A stretch of 64,000 nt of DNA from Eledone cirrhosa. Lineage: Eukaryota. The position numbers and the translations under genes are program-made. The notes under the pieces were generated by a model, which worked only from the letters and a program-made list of their open reading frames with translations, ran no database searches and was not told the DNA's origin. Shown piece after piece: positions 27,855-40,789 of this stretch. The stretch's first letter is position 1. Each line of letters starts with the position of its first letter. Location of the stretch: contig OZ024742.1 in the NCBI GenBank assembly GCA_964016885.1, positions 124,310,001-124,374,000 of the forward strand, given 5' to 3'.

Positions 27855-28450
27855 ATTCGCGTGTAAACATCCAGCTCTCCAGCTCAACCTCACTATAAAT
27901 GATGGCGGCATGCCATCATAGGAAATATATTTCAATTACATTTACCCATACTGAACAAATTATCTCATTCTGAGAAATAGTATGAACATAAGCCAGAGTT
28001 GGTGATAGAAAACAACCGTATAAATGTGCCGTGGAATTTCAGGATACAAATGGACAAAATAATTATAACACAATAAGCCTGACGTGGTGGCTTTTGGTAA
28101 GGAGAAAAGTTATTGTATAATTATAGATATAGCTAGCCCATTTGAGACAAGATTTCAGGAAACGAAGGGGAAAATTATCTGGTATCAGGATATAAAGAGG
28201 GAACTGATAAATATATAACATGTTCATGGAATCATGTTCAATCCTTATCGTCATGGGAAAACTAACTACTATCTCGAAGAGCATCCAATGCTGGTTAAAG
28301 ATCATTAGCCCAGTACCCTTTTTTGGAAGACTTCAGAAGGCTTGCCTACTGAGAACAGCAAGGAGCCTCCTATATGTCCTGAATATCTGAGGGTGTAGGT
28401 AAGCGCTTGATGTACATTAACACAAATTGTCCGGTAAAATAAAAACAATG
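27855..28450 (+). mobile_element. Decayed 3' end of an R4/Dong-like RLE LINE (same family as 61616-62310)
   Basis: Colinear similarity: HSEK*YEHKPELVIEN, WNFRIQMDK, NKPDVV, PFETR, LQKACLLRTARSLLYVLNI*, followed by a similar 3' UTR. Confidence 0.85.
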
Positions 28451-28477
28451 ACTGAGATATCAAAGTAAAAATAATAT

Positions 28478-28712
28478 TAGCTGTATCAGTAGAGCGTCAG
28501 ACACCATGCTTTGCAGCATATAATTACGGCTCTTTATGATCTGAGTTCAAATCCTGCCGAGTTTAACTTTGCCTTTCATACTTACGGGGTCGATAAAATA
28601 AAGTACCAGTCACACACTGGAGGAGATTTAATCGACTTTCCCCTCCCCCAAATTGTTGGCATTGTGCCTATATAGGAAACCATTATTATTATTATTGTTG
28701 TTATTGTTATTA
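28478..28712 (+). mobile_element. Common tRNA-derived SINE
   Basis: ctgagttcaaatcctgccgag..ctttgcctttcatacttacggggtcgataaaataaagtaccag..(TTA)n tail. Confidence 0.85.
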
Positions 28713-29107
28713 TCTTTTTACCACATCGAAATATAACAATAATTTTATCTGAAAATGAAATCTTTCTCGAAGCCAGTGGATGTATTCGACTGTATTGTTT
28801 TCCTTACAGTAGTAGAACTTATCGTACACGAACTAACGACACAGTGAGTGATTCTCGTCAAGATTTGAAATCATTATGCAGCTATTGTCGTAGTAAAGAA
28901 TGCAAGGCACCTCATCCGTATATCGATCAACCAATATTATATGTCTTATATGTTCTATAAATTACATTTATCAAAAAGTTTCAACCTCTTTTCTACACAT
29001 ATTTGTAGTTACACACACATATATGTACGTATATATATATAAATTAAAGGTCGTGTGTGCGCGTGCGCGCGCGCGTGTGTGTGTGTATGTGTGTCTGTGT
29101 CTGTGTC

Positions 29108-29142
<35 letters not shown>

Positions 29143-29211
29143 ATATATATGTAAGTATGCACAGTATATATGAGCTGTGCTAGGCTGTGAAATAAGAGTT
29201 CTAATTTTATA

Positions 29212-29247
<36 letters not shown>

Positions 29248-30478
29248 GTGTGCACGCATGCATGTATATGTGTATGTGTTATGGGTTCGAGCTTTAATTT
29301 TTACGCCATAATTGAAAATATCAATGATCTTGTGTGCAGAAACATAGTTAACAGTCGCATGTAAACACTAGTGTACCGTACTGGCATATTAAACATTCTA
29401 TTAATTGAATCATACTAAAACTTTATTTTACCGAAAACGTTTTCCACATTAGAGGTAATGAACGTCACCTTTTGGTCGATTGGCCTTAGTTAAACAAAAG
29501 TCCTGACGATAAGCAGTAATTATCTGTTGTTTTCTAAACGAAAGATTAACTTGATAACTGACGTAGGTCATTCTCTCTTAAAATACAAAATTGAAAGATT
29601 ACACAATTTAAGTATCCTTCTGATGCTGTATAGAATGTACGTATTTCAAAAAGTTATCGTATTTGTGCTCGCCTTTAATGAAAGGATATCTGTTACGGAG
29701 GTCAGTTACTACTTCCTGTCGTTTTCTTTGTCTTCACATCAGTGCACACCTCATTTGTATTAATGCGTTTGGTAGTCTTTAGCCAATACCTTTATATATC
29801 TACGTACTTATGGCAAAAGACCAGCCTAACGATAACCTTAGCCTACCAGATGGAAGCGGCGTTCTTAATCATCAACTTTTTACTTTGATGTTATTATAGC
29901 GTGTTAAAAGGAAATTTCTATCACTTATTTCTCTTCCTACCAGACAGGCTTCATTACTTTGTCGATTACTGTTATTATCTAGAGTGCGGTTGTATAGCAA
30001 TATAGCCGATTATTAATGGACTTCTTTATGGAGCTTAACTCAACAAACTTTGATTAGAATAGAATCAAAGATGGTGAATTGGTTAATTTTCTTGTTACTT
30101 ACTCGAGTTTTGCGCTTAAAAAATTTCACTATCATACAATTATTTAACATAAATTATTTATCATTGGACTAAAGATGTAATAACATTAAGGCAGGAATAT
30201 CTATAAAATGCCAGTGTAAGAATTTTATTCCTCTCAAGGTGCAGTTTCACAAATTAGACGAATCAGGTTGATGATGAAGCAATAAATTTATACTTGGTAA
30301 CGATATTTCCATTTTATATCATATATATATCTATATATAAGATTTCGCTTCAAGCATAGCTTTATACAAATATGTATAGACATTTCGTATTTCTAAAGAA
30401 ACACGGTTTTAGGAAGACGTAGCTATGCAAACACCGGGGCTAACGCCATCTGCTGGTGTCCAGCAGCAGGAAAGCGAC

Positions 30479-30524
30479 AATCGTCTATGCATTTCAGGCT
30501 TGACTGGCCTTCATCAGGACGGTC
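30479..30524 (-). ncRNA. Type I minimal hammerhead ribozyme
   Basis: gaccgtc-CTGATGA-aggc/cagtcaa/gcct-GAAA-tgca-TA-gacgatt. Confidence 0.85.
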
Positions 30525-30607
30525 CCTCCCACCGCTTACAACTGCTGCACTTGAAAACAGTCGAGAATATATAGTTTTCAAATCCAGCAGTTGCAAGCGG
30601 TGGGAGA

Positions 30608-30653
30608 GACTGTCCTGAAGAAGGCCAGCCAAGCCTGAAATGCATAAACGGTT
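30608..30653 (+). ncRNA. Type I minimal hammerhead ribozyme
   Basis: gactgtc-CTGAAGA-aggc/cagccaa/gcct-GAAA-tgca-TA-aacggtt. Confidence 0.8.
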
Positions 30654-30873
30654 GTCCACCTTGCTTCTGCTGGACATCACCAGAGGGCGTTAGCTCCGGT
30701 GTTTGCACAGCTACGGCTTCCTAAAACCGTGTTTCTTTAGATATACGAAATTTATATACATATTTGTATAAAGCTATGTATAAAGCTATGTATAAAATCT
30801 TATTTATACACACACACACACACACACACACATACACATACACACACACACACATACACACACACACACATCT

Positions 30874-30917
<44 letters not shown>

Positions 30918-31139
30918 GATAACAAAATGTCATTATAGGTAATCCAGTTAGAGGTTGTGAATAATCCGTATTGTGGATAGTTTTAGCGTACGGCGTTGTG
31001 TGACTCAACGAGAGGTTTCCGTAGGTGTTGAGTTTGTGAGTTATCTTGAATTCCTATGTAAGTTTATCTTGGTGTAATAATATTGAAGGATTGAAGAATA
31101 ACATGGTCAACAGTCCCAAAAAGGTGTTTTATTTACAGT

Positions 31140-31246
31140 ACTAACAATAGTTTCACTGATTAAGTTGTCTAAAAATTGCTGAACACTTGAAGATGTGCCA
31201 TTCAATTTTAAATATTATTAGCTTAACCAGATCATCAGAAAGAATT
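31140..31246 (-). ncRNA. Hammerhead-like motif with a ~77-nt stem II domain (decayed mirror copy on plus strand ~34755-34865)
   Basis: CTGATGA-tctggttaag...cttaatcagt-GAAA-ctattg-TT. The other copy has GAAA-caattg. Stem I is poorly preserved. Confidence 0.55.
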
Positions 31247-31867
31247 GTTAAAAATATGCTCAGCCTTTACGAATTCGAATTACAACTTCATTAATAAAGA
31301 GAGACAAAAAAAAGGAAAGAGAGAAAAAAGAGAAAAAAGAAAAACAGAAAAAAGAAAAACATATAGAGGAAAAAGATAGAGAGTAAAAAGAAAGATGAGA
31401 AAAGGATGAAGAAAAAAGATAAAAGATAAAGAAAAAGAAAAATAGAGAGAAAAAATAATAAAGATAATAAAAAATAAATGAATAAATGTTAATAAATAAG
31501 TTATAACGAGGATGATAAAAAATGATACAAAAAAATGATAAAAATAAATAAAATATATTATATGTGGGCGGAGAAAGGTAAACATAGTATGATTATTGAG
31601 AGTAGTTGCGGTGTTGGTGGTTAAAATATAGAGATATGATGGTATAAACATGAACATGTTAAATATATTCATGTATGTATTAGTTACATTAATAATTTAT
31701 TAAATAATTAATTAATTAATTGTAAGTTATATTAGAAGTGAAAATATTACGATAGACATAATGTAAGAGATGAAATAAATTTAGGGAAGAAATAGAAAGA
31801 TAGCAAATGAAAGAGAGAAAATATAAAATGTTATGATGTTGGCTCATTGACAGTTGATGACAATAAT

Positions 31868-32042
31868 AATAATAATTGTTTCTACTTTTGGCAACAGGCC
31901 AGTAATAACCCAGTACATAACTGGTACTTTATTTTATCGACCCCGTAAGGATGAAAGTCAAAGTTAATCTCGACTCAGACCGTAATGGGACGTAACTATG
32001 CTAGAAAGCATGGCGTCCAACACTATACTGCCAATTCACCAG
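31868..32042 (-). mobile_element. Common SINE inserted in the PLE 3' UTR
   Basis: ttgtttctacttttggcaacaggccag..ctggtactttattttatcgaccccgtaaggatgaaagtcaaag..ctgccaattcacc. Confidence 0.85.
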
Positions 32043-35032
32043 GTTATAATAATAGATTCAGGTGGTACAATTTGAATTATGGAATAGATGGGATGAATTA
32101 AGTTGGTCTTTAATTATCGAATTTGCTCGCCGTTTTATGTCTACAGAAAATTGTTCGTTCAATTTTGTTGTTAAGCAGCATTTTGTTATATTTTAAAATA
32201 TGGAATAACTCCATATTGCAAAGTCTACAATGGGACATGCCAAATTCTATAGGCCATTGCCGTTGACAACTTCCCGAAGCTAATTCTGTATTCCTGGTTT
32301 TTATCCTTGAGCCGCCAGATTTTTTTGGCGAGCGTCGTTGGGTTCATAAGTTTACGGTTATTTATAGAGAGTCTGTGAACATACCATCTTTTCTTGAACT
32401 CCCCCACCGTCGAACATATGTACTGCCATGCACAGTTGCCTGATTTTATAGTACATAGGTACACTATATTTGACTCCAGGCATCTATTTTGTAGTGGGCG
32501 TATATCAGGTAAATGACAGTTATATTTTGATGCTTTCCTATGTGCCGGTTCCGCGATACGGTCTTGTATGTTGTTATGCATGGGCTGAGAATTGGGTTTG
32601 TTGATGTATTGTCGTGATGTGTTCTGACGTGTGTTTGGTTGTTATATTGTTATGCGTTTGTGTTTTATATTTGGTGTTATGGTGCTTGTTTGCAGGCCAT
32701 TTGTATTAGAGATTCTTTTATAGTTAATTTTATGTATGTGAGATTCTATATTGGTGGCAGTAGAGTAAGATAGTTTTGATATTATTTCTATTAAGGATTT
32801 ATGGTATATGTGAAGTTTAGGGAAGTGCTTGTCAATTAATTTAAAGAAAGTAGAAGGTAGTTTGGCTTTTATAGAGGAGTTAAATATTGGATTGAACCAT
32901 AAGTATTTTCTATCTCTGCATTTTCTATAGTTTCTAGTGGTCCTTATATTAGAATTCGGTTCAATTATTGCTGGTGCTTGTTGCCAATTTCTATATTTAG
33001 TCCTAGATTTGATGTTTCTATAGGTGTGGATAGTGTTATTGCTGATAAGTGTGTTGTTATTGTTTGTATCTGGTATGTATTTGAGCCTCTCTTTATGGCC
33101 TGCATTAAGGAGAGCTATGTTGTAGTAGTTAGCGTATTCGTTAAACATCTCTAGATTAGAAGATAAACGTGAGCTTCTAAGGGATATATATGTGCTATGG
33201 AGTTAATTATGGAGCGAGGATGATTTGAGTTATAATTAATGTAAACTAGATTTTCGTTATTTTTATGGAAGGGCTCTTTTAGCTCTGTGTGTAGGTTAAG
33301 TGATACATCTAAGAAGTCAGCTTCTTTAGAGTTCAGTTCAAAAGTGATGTTTAGGCCTAATTTATTGAAGAATGTTCTAATCTTTATCCATAACCTTTCC
33401 AAGTTTTGATCATTTAGGGTTTAGCTAAATGTAGTGTATCGTCTCTATAAGTTCCTCGCTATAGGTTATCAATTTCCTTTTGCAAGATATATGCTTTATA
33501 TATTCCGACAATGTCCGTTACTTGAGCCGAATCATTCGATCTCATAGTGATATCAAAGTTATTTTGTTTATTTTTTCTTTTCCAGTAACTTTTATCGAAC
33601 TTAATGATTGTTCCTCTAGCAGCTAGTATTATTTTAATTTCATCTGGTGATAGGTCAGAGTTTTATTTTGTGCAAAGGTTGGTGCCTTATTTAGGGTAAC
33701 TGGGGAAATAGAGGAGTAGTAGTCATTCATGTCAAATTGTATGAAGTCGGATGATTCCTTATTGTCTAATTTGCTAGACATTTCTATTGTTTCATTTATG
33801 TTACCCCAAAGCTTAATTATTAGTTTTTCTTTAATGTGTGGTACTATTCTATGTACTTTTGCCTCTATCAGTTTTGATGGGCATATTAATCTAATAGCAG
33901 GGACAGTCTCGAAGTTGCATTTATGATCTTTCAGATTAAAAGTGAGTTTACAAGGAGTCAGAGGTTCAGTTCTATCAGATATTTTCTGTTTTTTACTATG
34001 TTAATACCTTCCTTAGTAATGCTATTGAGTGTAGACGCTGTAGTTTTCTTGTATATTTTCTTGTATAAAGTTGCTGTATGTATTAAGGCTCATGGTGTAT
34101 ACGTCTCATGTTTTGTCTCCCTTTACTATAAAACCGTTGGTTTTACGCAATTCTTTTAGTAGTGCATTGATGTTATTTTGCAGTTTGTTGTGATGCGTTC
34201 GTTTTTTAAATTTGGTTTCGTTTATCATGTTCATGTGGTCAAGTTCAAAGGCATCAAGTTGGGGGTTGTTTGCTGGATTTTTACAGGATTTGAACCCATA
34301 TTTTTAATTGGTAAATCCATCATTCCTATCATTATCATAATGTCATTTATCGTAAGGATATGCTTTCCATCGGATTATATGGATAAAGTCATTAGTTCTT
34401 TGTATCATACCGAGTGGTTATTCCCTGTTTGTCGGTATAGGTATGTTTTTTTAAGCACATGCCTATGTGGTTTCTTTCCATGTTAGTGTCGTGCGTTAAA
34501 TTAGATGCTCAACCTAATTCGTGCTTGGTATAAGGGATAACAACATATCGTTATATGTAATCCAGTTACAGGTTGATAATTAGTTTGTGGATAATTTTAG
34601 CATACGGCGTTGTTTGACTCAACAAGAGGTTTCCGAAGTGCGAGTTTGTGAGTTCTATTGAATTCCTATGTAAGTTTCTCTTTTTTTTCTCTCTCTTTCT
34701 TTATTAATGATGTTGTAAGTTGAATTCGTAAAATCTGTGCATATTTTTAACACTCCTTTCTAATGATCTGGTTAAGCTAACAGTGTATTTAAAATTGAGT
34801 GGCACAGCTTCAAGTGTTCAGTAATGTTTAGACAACTTAATAAGTGAAACAATTGATAATGCTTTAAATAAAACTCTTTTTTGTACCGTTGACCATGTTA
34901 TTCTTCACTCTTTATATATATATATATAGAGAGAGAGATAAATAGATAGATAGATAGATATACACACATATATACATATATATATGTGTGTATGTATGTA
35001 TCAATATATATATATATATATATATACATATA

Positions 35033-35270
35033 TGAAGAAGTTCTATTTAAATAGTTGGGATACAACAAGCAAATATTTTTATAATTGATATAAAGCACTC
35101 AACAAATTATTGGAGTAAAAATACGATATATTAACAATTGATAAAACTGATCTATATCATATTTTATCTGATGAAAGCACACCATAATTTAACCTGGTGT
35201 CCTTGAAATATGTATAATGAAATAAATATGGTTTTATAAATATAGTTTCCATTTGTTAATATATCGTATA
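35033..35270. mobile_element. Family A-related fold-back remnant: minus-strand tail 35033-35140 plus an inverted pLTR carrying a hammerhead
   Basis: tattttat-CTGATGA-aagcacacca..tggtgtcctt-GAAA-tatgta-TA-atgaaata at 35160-35225. Stem II differs from the 22920 copy but still pairs. Confidence 0.8.
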
Positions 35271-35297
35271 TATATACATATATATGCACACGCACAA

Positions 35298-35380
<83 letters not shown>

Positions 35381-35382
<2 letters not shown>

Positions 35383-35574
35383 AACGAGTAGGACTCCGAC
35401 GGCTGAGCTCAAGCCGTTTCGACGGCTAATTCTGGACTGTCCAGAATTAGCCGTCGAAACGGCTTGAGCTCAGCCATCGGGGTCCTACTCGTTCCTATTA
35501 CCCACTCTACTACCCTAAGTATTGAGTACTTTGGTGCGTTATGGTCCACCTGGTTCTTTACCACATTTCCTTCG

Positions 35575-35575
<1 letters not shown>
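35381..35575 (+). mobile_element. Family D fold-back mini-element: 57-bp arms (35381-35437 / 35439-35495) plus 80-bp tail, in (TA)n
   Basis: The arm sequence matches the terminal pLTR of the PLE at 40304-40360. It carries only the GAAA, stem III and cleavage-site half of the ribozyme. Confidence 0.9.
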
Positions 35576-35625
<50 letters not shown>

Positions 35626-35811
35626 TATTTAAAGCAAGTATAATACTCATTACACTATAGATATAGATATTGCAAGGAACATTTTTTCCCTTGAAGCGTA
35701 CAAGATCATAAATACTCTCCAAAAGTATGATATAATCAACAATTCTTCGATGTCCTTATCCAAATGATTTCCTTTGCTGAATCATAATTTTATCAAACAT
35801 GAATTATCTCT

Positions 35812-35995
35812 ATTGGCAGTATCAGTAGAGGGTCAGGACATCTTGCTTTGCAGCTCAGAGTTACGGCCCTTTATGATATGAGTTTAAATCAGCATTACAG
35901 GGTCGATGCGATAAAGTACCAGTCACCCACTGAGGTCGGTATAATCGACTCTCCCCTCCCAAAAAATTGCTGGACTTGTGCCTATATAATTAACC
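35812..35995 (+). mobile_element. Common SINE, diverged
   Basis: ttggcagtatcagtagag..gagtttaaatc..gggtcgatgcgataaagtaccagtcac..aatcgactctcccctccc. Confidence 0.75.
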
Positions 35996-38601
35996 ACTAT
36001 ATGATAATCTATTTTTCATACATAAACTTTTCAATCCACCACAAGATCAGGTTTACCACATAGCACGCAAAAAGTACTATATGTCCATCTATTAGGTGTA
36101 AAGGCATATTGCTATCGTTTGAAACATCTAACAAGTGATATTATGAAATGAATTATGTTAACACAATTTTAAATAGTACACTAATAGCTGTGAAATTGAA
36201 AATATTTTGACGATATATTAACACATAATTTCTGGTTTGGCCGTCAAAAGATAGGGTTAACCGATGGCCGCATTCTCATCGATTTGTTCCTTCACGCCCT
36301 TCTCTCTAATGTTCATCCTGTACTTTATTTGCTCTCGCTTGCACCACACTGAAAATCTATTTTTCTCCGTCGACGGCAGTGCCCTCTATTTCAAAACCAG
36401 TTGCCGCCGCAGTCGCCTCGACGAGTGGATCATGTTTTTTCCTGCATCTGAGGGAACACATAACAGCCGAGAAAAGACCGCTGAGTCTGGCGTCTGATTT
36501 ATTTATTGCTAAAAATAAAAACCACTGCAGACAAATGATTTGCTGCTTGAGGCAAAACATTTCTACCTGATTTTTTGTAGACAGAATATGTTCCTGAAGT
36601 ACCTTAAATTAGAGATATATAATGCTCTATATTAGAACATACCAATGCGAATTATTTTGTGATTAGTCGAGATTTTTAATACTAAAGATTAAAGTGATCA
36701 CTACTTTTCTCAGCGAATATATTGATTAGAAAGTAATATGTTGCAGTTGTTAAAAGAAGACTCATTTATGTATTATCGATTTGATATTTCAAACCATGAC
36801 AAATAAAGAGAGTAGTGATTAAATGATGAATAAAAGACTTGTCAGAAATCTTTAAAGTCACAGTTAAAAACTGAGACGAATTTAAAGTTGTCATATCTTT
36901 GGGGAAATTAGACAAGACTTTATAATATAAAGTTGAATAAATATTTCAAAGGATGGCAAAATCAATAAAACGGCGATATATTTCAATAAAATTAGTTTTT
37001 CAAAGAGAAACACGTGTATATATTCATAGTAATTTTATAAATATAGATTTCCAACCATGCCACTGAAACTATAACGCTTAAACGTAATTCCTATAAAACT
37101 TTGTGCCTTATTACTATGTCAATATGAATGCTTTTACGTTTATATTTTTAGAAGTATGATCATTTCTTAGAACTAAACACGAGACTAATATTTGTAGATA
37201 TCTGAACGTTATTTCATATAACAGATCTTGTCAAATTTAAGGGACGTAATGTGCTCATACATTTGATGTTGTTGTTGGAGCAACTCATGTGACTGCAAAT
37301 AAACATATATACACACGAACACTCCCAATATATATTCGACTGGATGCGACAATTTCCTGGCCTTGGGTAAACGAACGGTCAGGAGGATCAGTTAAACTGT
37401 CAATATTTTCTCTGCGTGTTGTACATATACGTTCTGTTTGTATATATATATATATACATACAACGCCGGGCCGGGTTTCGGAAGGTATGTCTATGTTGGT
37501 ATAGCCGGGTCTTGAAGTCACATGCGGTAAGTCCTATATAGGCTTTGTTGGAGGTATCCGTCCTCACGTTGCACTGGTAGATCACATTACGGTCTCTGCA
37601 TCTATTGTCGAGTGGGCAAATAGATCTATCCGGGCAGCTACACCTCCTGGTCGGTTCTCCACTGCTATTTAGGTTATTTCTGCCATCGGGGTTGAGTTTT
37701 TTGTTGTTAGAGGAGACGATGTTTTGTGCGAAGTTTGGTGTAGTGCTGTAAGAGAGTTTGATGGTATTTTTGCTAATTATGTTGTGGTAGCGGTGTTGTA
37801 ATGGGAAGTGTTTTTCAATGAGCCTAAAGAATAGTTTCCCGATGGGAGTTGTCACCTCTGCTTGTGGGGAGGATTGAACCATGTTACATTGCGTGAGCGG
37901 CGGTGACTCCTGCTGGTTCCGCTAATGGGAGCTGGACAGTAGGATATTTCCTCGCGGAAACCACTCCGCTTGAGGGCCTGGTTGTAATAAGGCGCATGTT
38001 CATCGAATATCCGCTCATTAGCTGACAAACGGGATATGCGGAGGGAGATGTTTTTGACCAGGTTGTTTGTGATGTTCCTAGGATGGTTTGATCGGCGGTG
38101 GATGTAGTGCAGATTGTCATTAGGTTTCCTGTATGGGTAGTACATGTCGTTTTCGAGCTCGAGGGTCACGTCCAGGAAGTTTACTCGGGTCAGGGACGTT
38201 TGTAGGGTTATTTTAAAACCCCAGTCGCGGAAGAATCTGATTAATTGTTTCCGGACCCGATCTGTACTACTGGGGTTGTACCCTTTAAGGGTAAGGAGCC
38301 CATCATCCCGGTACAATCCACCACCGAATGCAGGAAACATATCAGTGAGTTTGGCTATTAGGAATAATCCTATAAGATCTGTGACCTCCGCCGAATCCGT
38401 GGCGCCCATGCTGACGTCGAAGGGTGAGTCGGGAGCTCTTTTTATCCATTTAGAGTCGTCAAAGAGTAAGACTGTCTTCCTGGCGTGGAGGGTGATTTTT
38501 CTTTCCTGGTCGGTGATGGGCACAAGTGTTTCGGCGAAGTCCAAGGCGGCAGTAAGTAGCGGTAAGGTGATTGAAGCATAGTAGCTCTCTATGTCGAACT
38601 G

Positions 38602-39164
38602 CTTACAGCACTACACCAAACTTCGCACAAAACATCGTCTCCTCTAACAACAAAAAACTCAACCCCGATGGCAGAAATAACCTAAATAGCAGTGGAGAAC
38701 CGACCAGGAGGTGTAACTGCCCGGATAGATCTATTTGCCCACTCGACAATAGATGCAGAGACCGTAATGTGATCTACCAGTGGAACGTGAGGACGGATAC
38801 CTCCAACAAAGCCTATATAGGACTTACCGCATGTGACTTCAAGACCCGGCTATACCAACATAGACATACCTTCCGAAACCCGGCCCGGCGTCACGCCACT
38901 ACACTTTCGGGCCACATATGGGACCTCAAGGACAACAACATCACCTATGATCTCACTTGGAGATTACTGTCCAGAGCCAATTCTTACACGGGAGGACGCC
39001 GTCCGTGCAATTTATGCTCGGAGGAAACTTTACAAATGCTGTTTTCGACGGACCAACTCCTAAACAAGAAAGATGAACTGGTCACTGCATGTAAACATAG
39101 ATTGCGTAGGACTTACCTCGCCCTCAAACCCCATAATGACCCGGGGGGTAGACTAGGCCAATAA
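38602..39164 (+). CDS. PLE C-terminal linker and GIY-YIG endonuclease, open but 5'-truncated
   Basis: ORF 38571-39164; the first ~10 codons are antisense RT sequence from across the inversion junction. Confidence 0.85.
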
Positions 39165-40254
39165 CACCCCACTTGCCGATTTTGCAATGGGTAACCCCTG
39201 CTTGCCAAGGAAGACGTAAGATCTTCTTTGTATTCTTTTATCGCTTCCTTTATTTCCTCCTCCCCCCTCTCTCCTTAGTCCTTCTACCCCAGCTCTTCTC
39301 CTTTGTCGGCGTCTTTTCTCGCACACCCGAGGCTGCCCTTTGGCCCCATGTAGCCTTAGTACCCCCACCACCCCCTCCCCTAGTCTCTGATAGATTTGGC
39401 GGACTCCGCCCTTTATAGCAGTTGGCTTAGACCCCGGATACTTGCCCCCTTTTTCCGACCGCTCCCACTATTCTCTGTGCCCTCTATATTTCTTAGTGGC
39501 ACTTATGCCTTATTTTTTCGTTTCAGTATTTCTTGCTTCGCTTTTCTTCTGGGCGGGGTGGATTCTGAATTTATTTCTCCGTACTCTACCTTTATTTCGT
39601 ACGAACTTTCATGTAGCTTGTTTTAGATCTTTTAGAGTTAGCATTAGTATATATTTTTCTCGGGACTCAGAATTATTGTCTCGTACAAGTTCACTTTGCT
39701 GCACTGGGTCGTTGCTGGCCCGGGATGGAAACCTTTATTTTTTTCGTGGTAGTCTCTTTAGTATTTTGGCCCCTTTTGTTGACCCGTCACCGTATCATTT
39801 ACGTACTTATAGCTCTTAAAAGGGTCCTTGCCTATTTCGTCCCACCTAGTTCTTTTACTTATTTCGTTATTTCTTTATTTCTTTATTTCTTTATTTCTTT
39901 ACTTCTTTCTTTCTTTATTTTATTCTAGCCTAACAATAGCCTGAGACCTAGATCGTAGAATTTTATTTACTTTACTTTTTTCTTTACACATTTGCTTTTC
40001 TTCACTCTCAGTATTTTTTCTTTCCTATTTCTACCCCCCATTGTTCTACCTACCGTTCCGACTTCCTCCCCCTCCCCTGTATCTTCTTTGACCTCATGCC
40101 CAGCTGTAGCTGGCACTACCAACGCTTGATTGGGTCTACTCCACCCCCTGCCCTCATTCTCCTACTGGCAGGTTTAGCCACCATCTCCCCTACTAATTTG
40201 CAACCACAGAATTACTACTGATTTTTGACAATCACTTTGACCATATATGGAATT

Positions 40255-40348
40255 ACCCCTTGAGAAGATCGGCTATTTAAATACCAGGATAAATTTTCAT
40301 TTAGTCCAGAATTAGCCGTCGAAACGGCTTGAGCTCAGCTGTTGGGGT
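40255..40348 (+). ncRNA. Type I hammerhead with compensated U3-A8 core and a full stem III
   Basis: acccc-TTGAGAA-gatcggcta...tagccgtc-GAAA-cggct/tgagctc/agctg-TT-ggggt. Sister copies have agccg-TC. Confidence 0.78.
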
Positions 40349-40445
40349 CTTACTGGTTCCTATATATATATATATATATATATAGTCATATATACAATTA
40401 TATATATATATATATAGGCATATATACAATTATATATATATATAG

Positions 40446-40509
<64 letters not shown>

Positions 40510-40789
40510 GACGTAAAATAAGAAAATTTTAAAAATTAAAAATCAACTTACTTACTAAAATGTTACGTCTGTCCTATAATTGTTCTGCATCCCCCTGCAT
40601 AGAACCACAAAGGTACTAAGACATAACATATATTTGCTCGCATGGGTGTACATCTGTACACATATGTTGGTAGATGTACTAATTCTCTCTCTCTCACTCT
40701 ATATATATATATATAATATTAAGGATACTATTTATGGTTATGTATATACTAACATTTTTATAATTATATATATTTTAAACCCTGAACAG

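Larger units (their letters stand above)
30334..30805. mobile_element. ORF-less fold-back element, family C: ~210-bp diverged arms centred near 30566
   Basis: Inverted repeat catagctttatacaaatatg...catatttgtataaagctatg with scattered mismatches; a hammerhead in each arm. Confidence 0.88.
30914..34910 (-). mobile_element. Near full-length decayed PLE: inverted pLTR, upstream tail, RT/GIY-YIG pseudo-ORF (~32110-34480), 3' UTR, pLTR, tail
   Basis: FIQFDMNDYYSSISP, NDSAQVTDIVGIY, YRDDTL, DFLDVSLNL, SNHP, WFNPIFN, NIVYLCTI..QYICST. Direct repeat 30914-31070 = 34531-34680; inverted repeat 31090-31320 = 34690-34910. Confidence 0.9.
37462..40360. mobile_element. Young PLE (family D), inverted structure: minus-strand RT-to-EN piece 37462-38601 joined to plus-strand linker/GIY-YIG/3' UTR/pLTR piece 38602-40360
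   Basis: QFDIESYYASI, MGATDSAEVTDLIG, GLYRDDGL, SNHP, WFNPP; CNCPDRSICPLDNRC; NVIYQ..AYIGLT..FKTRLYQH; CNLCSEE; CKH. 37462-37750 is a near-perfect inverted copy of 38602-38890. Confidence 0.95.
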
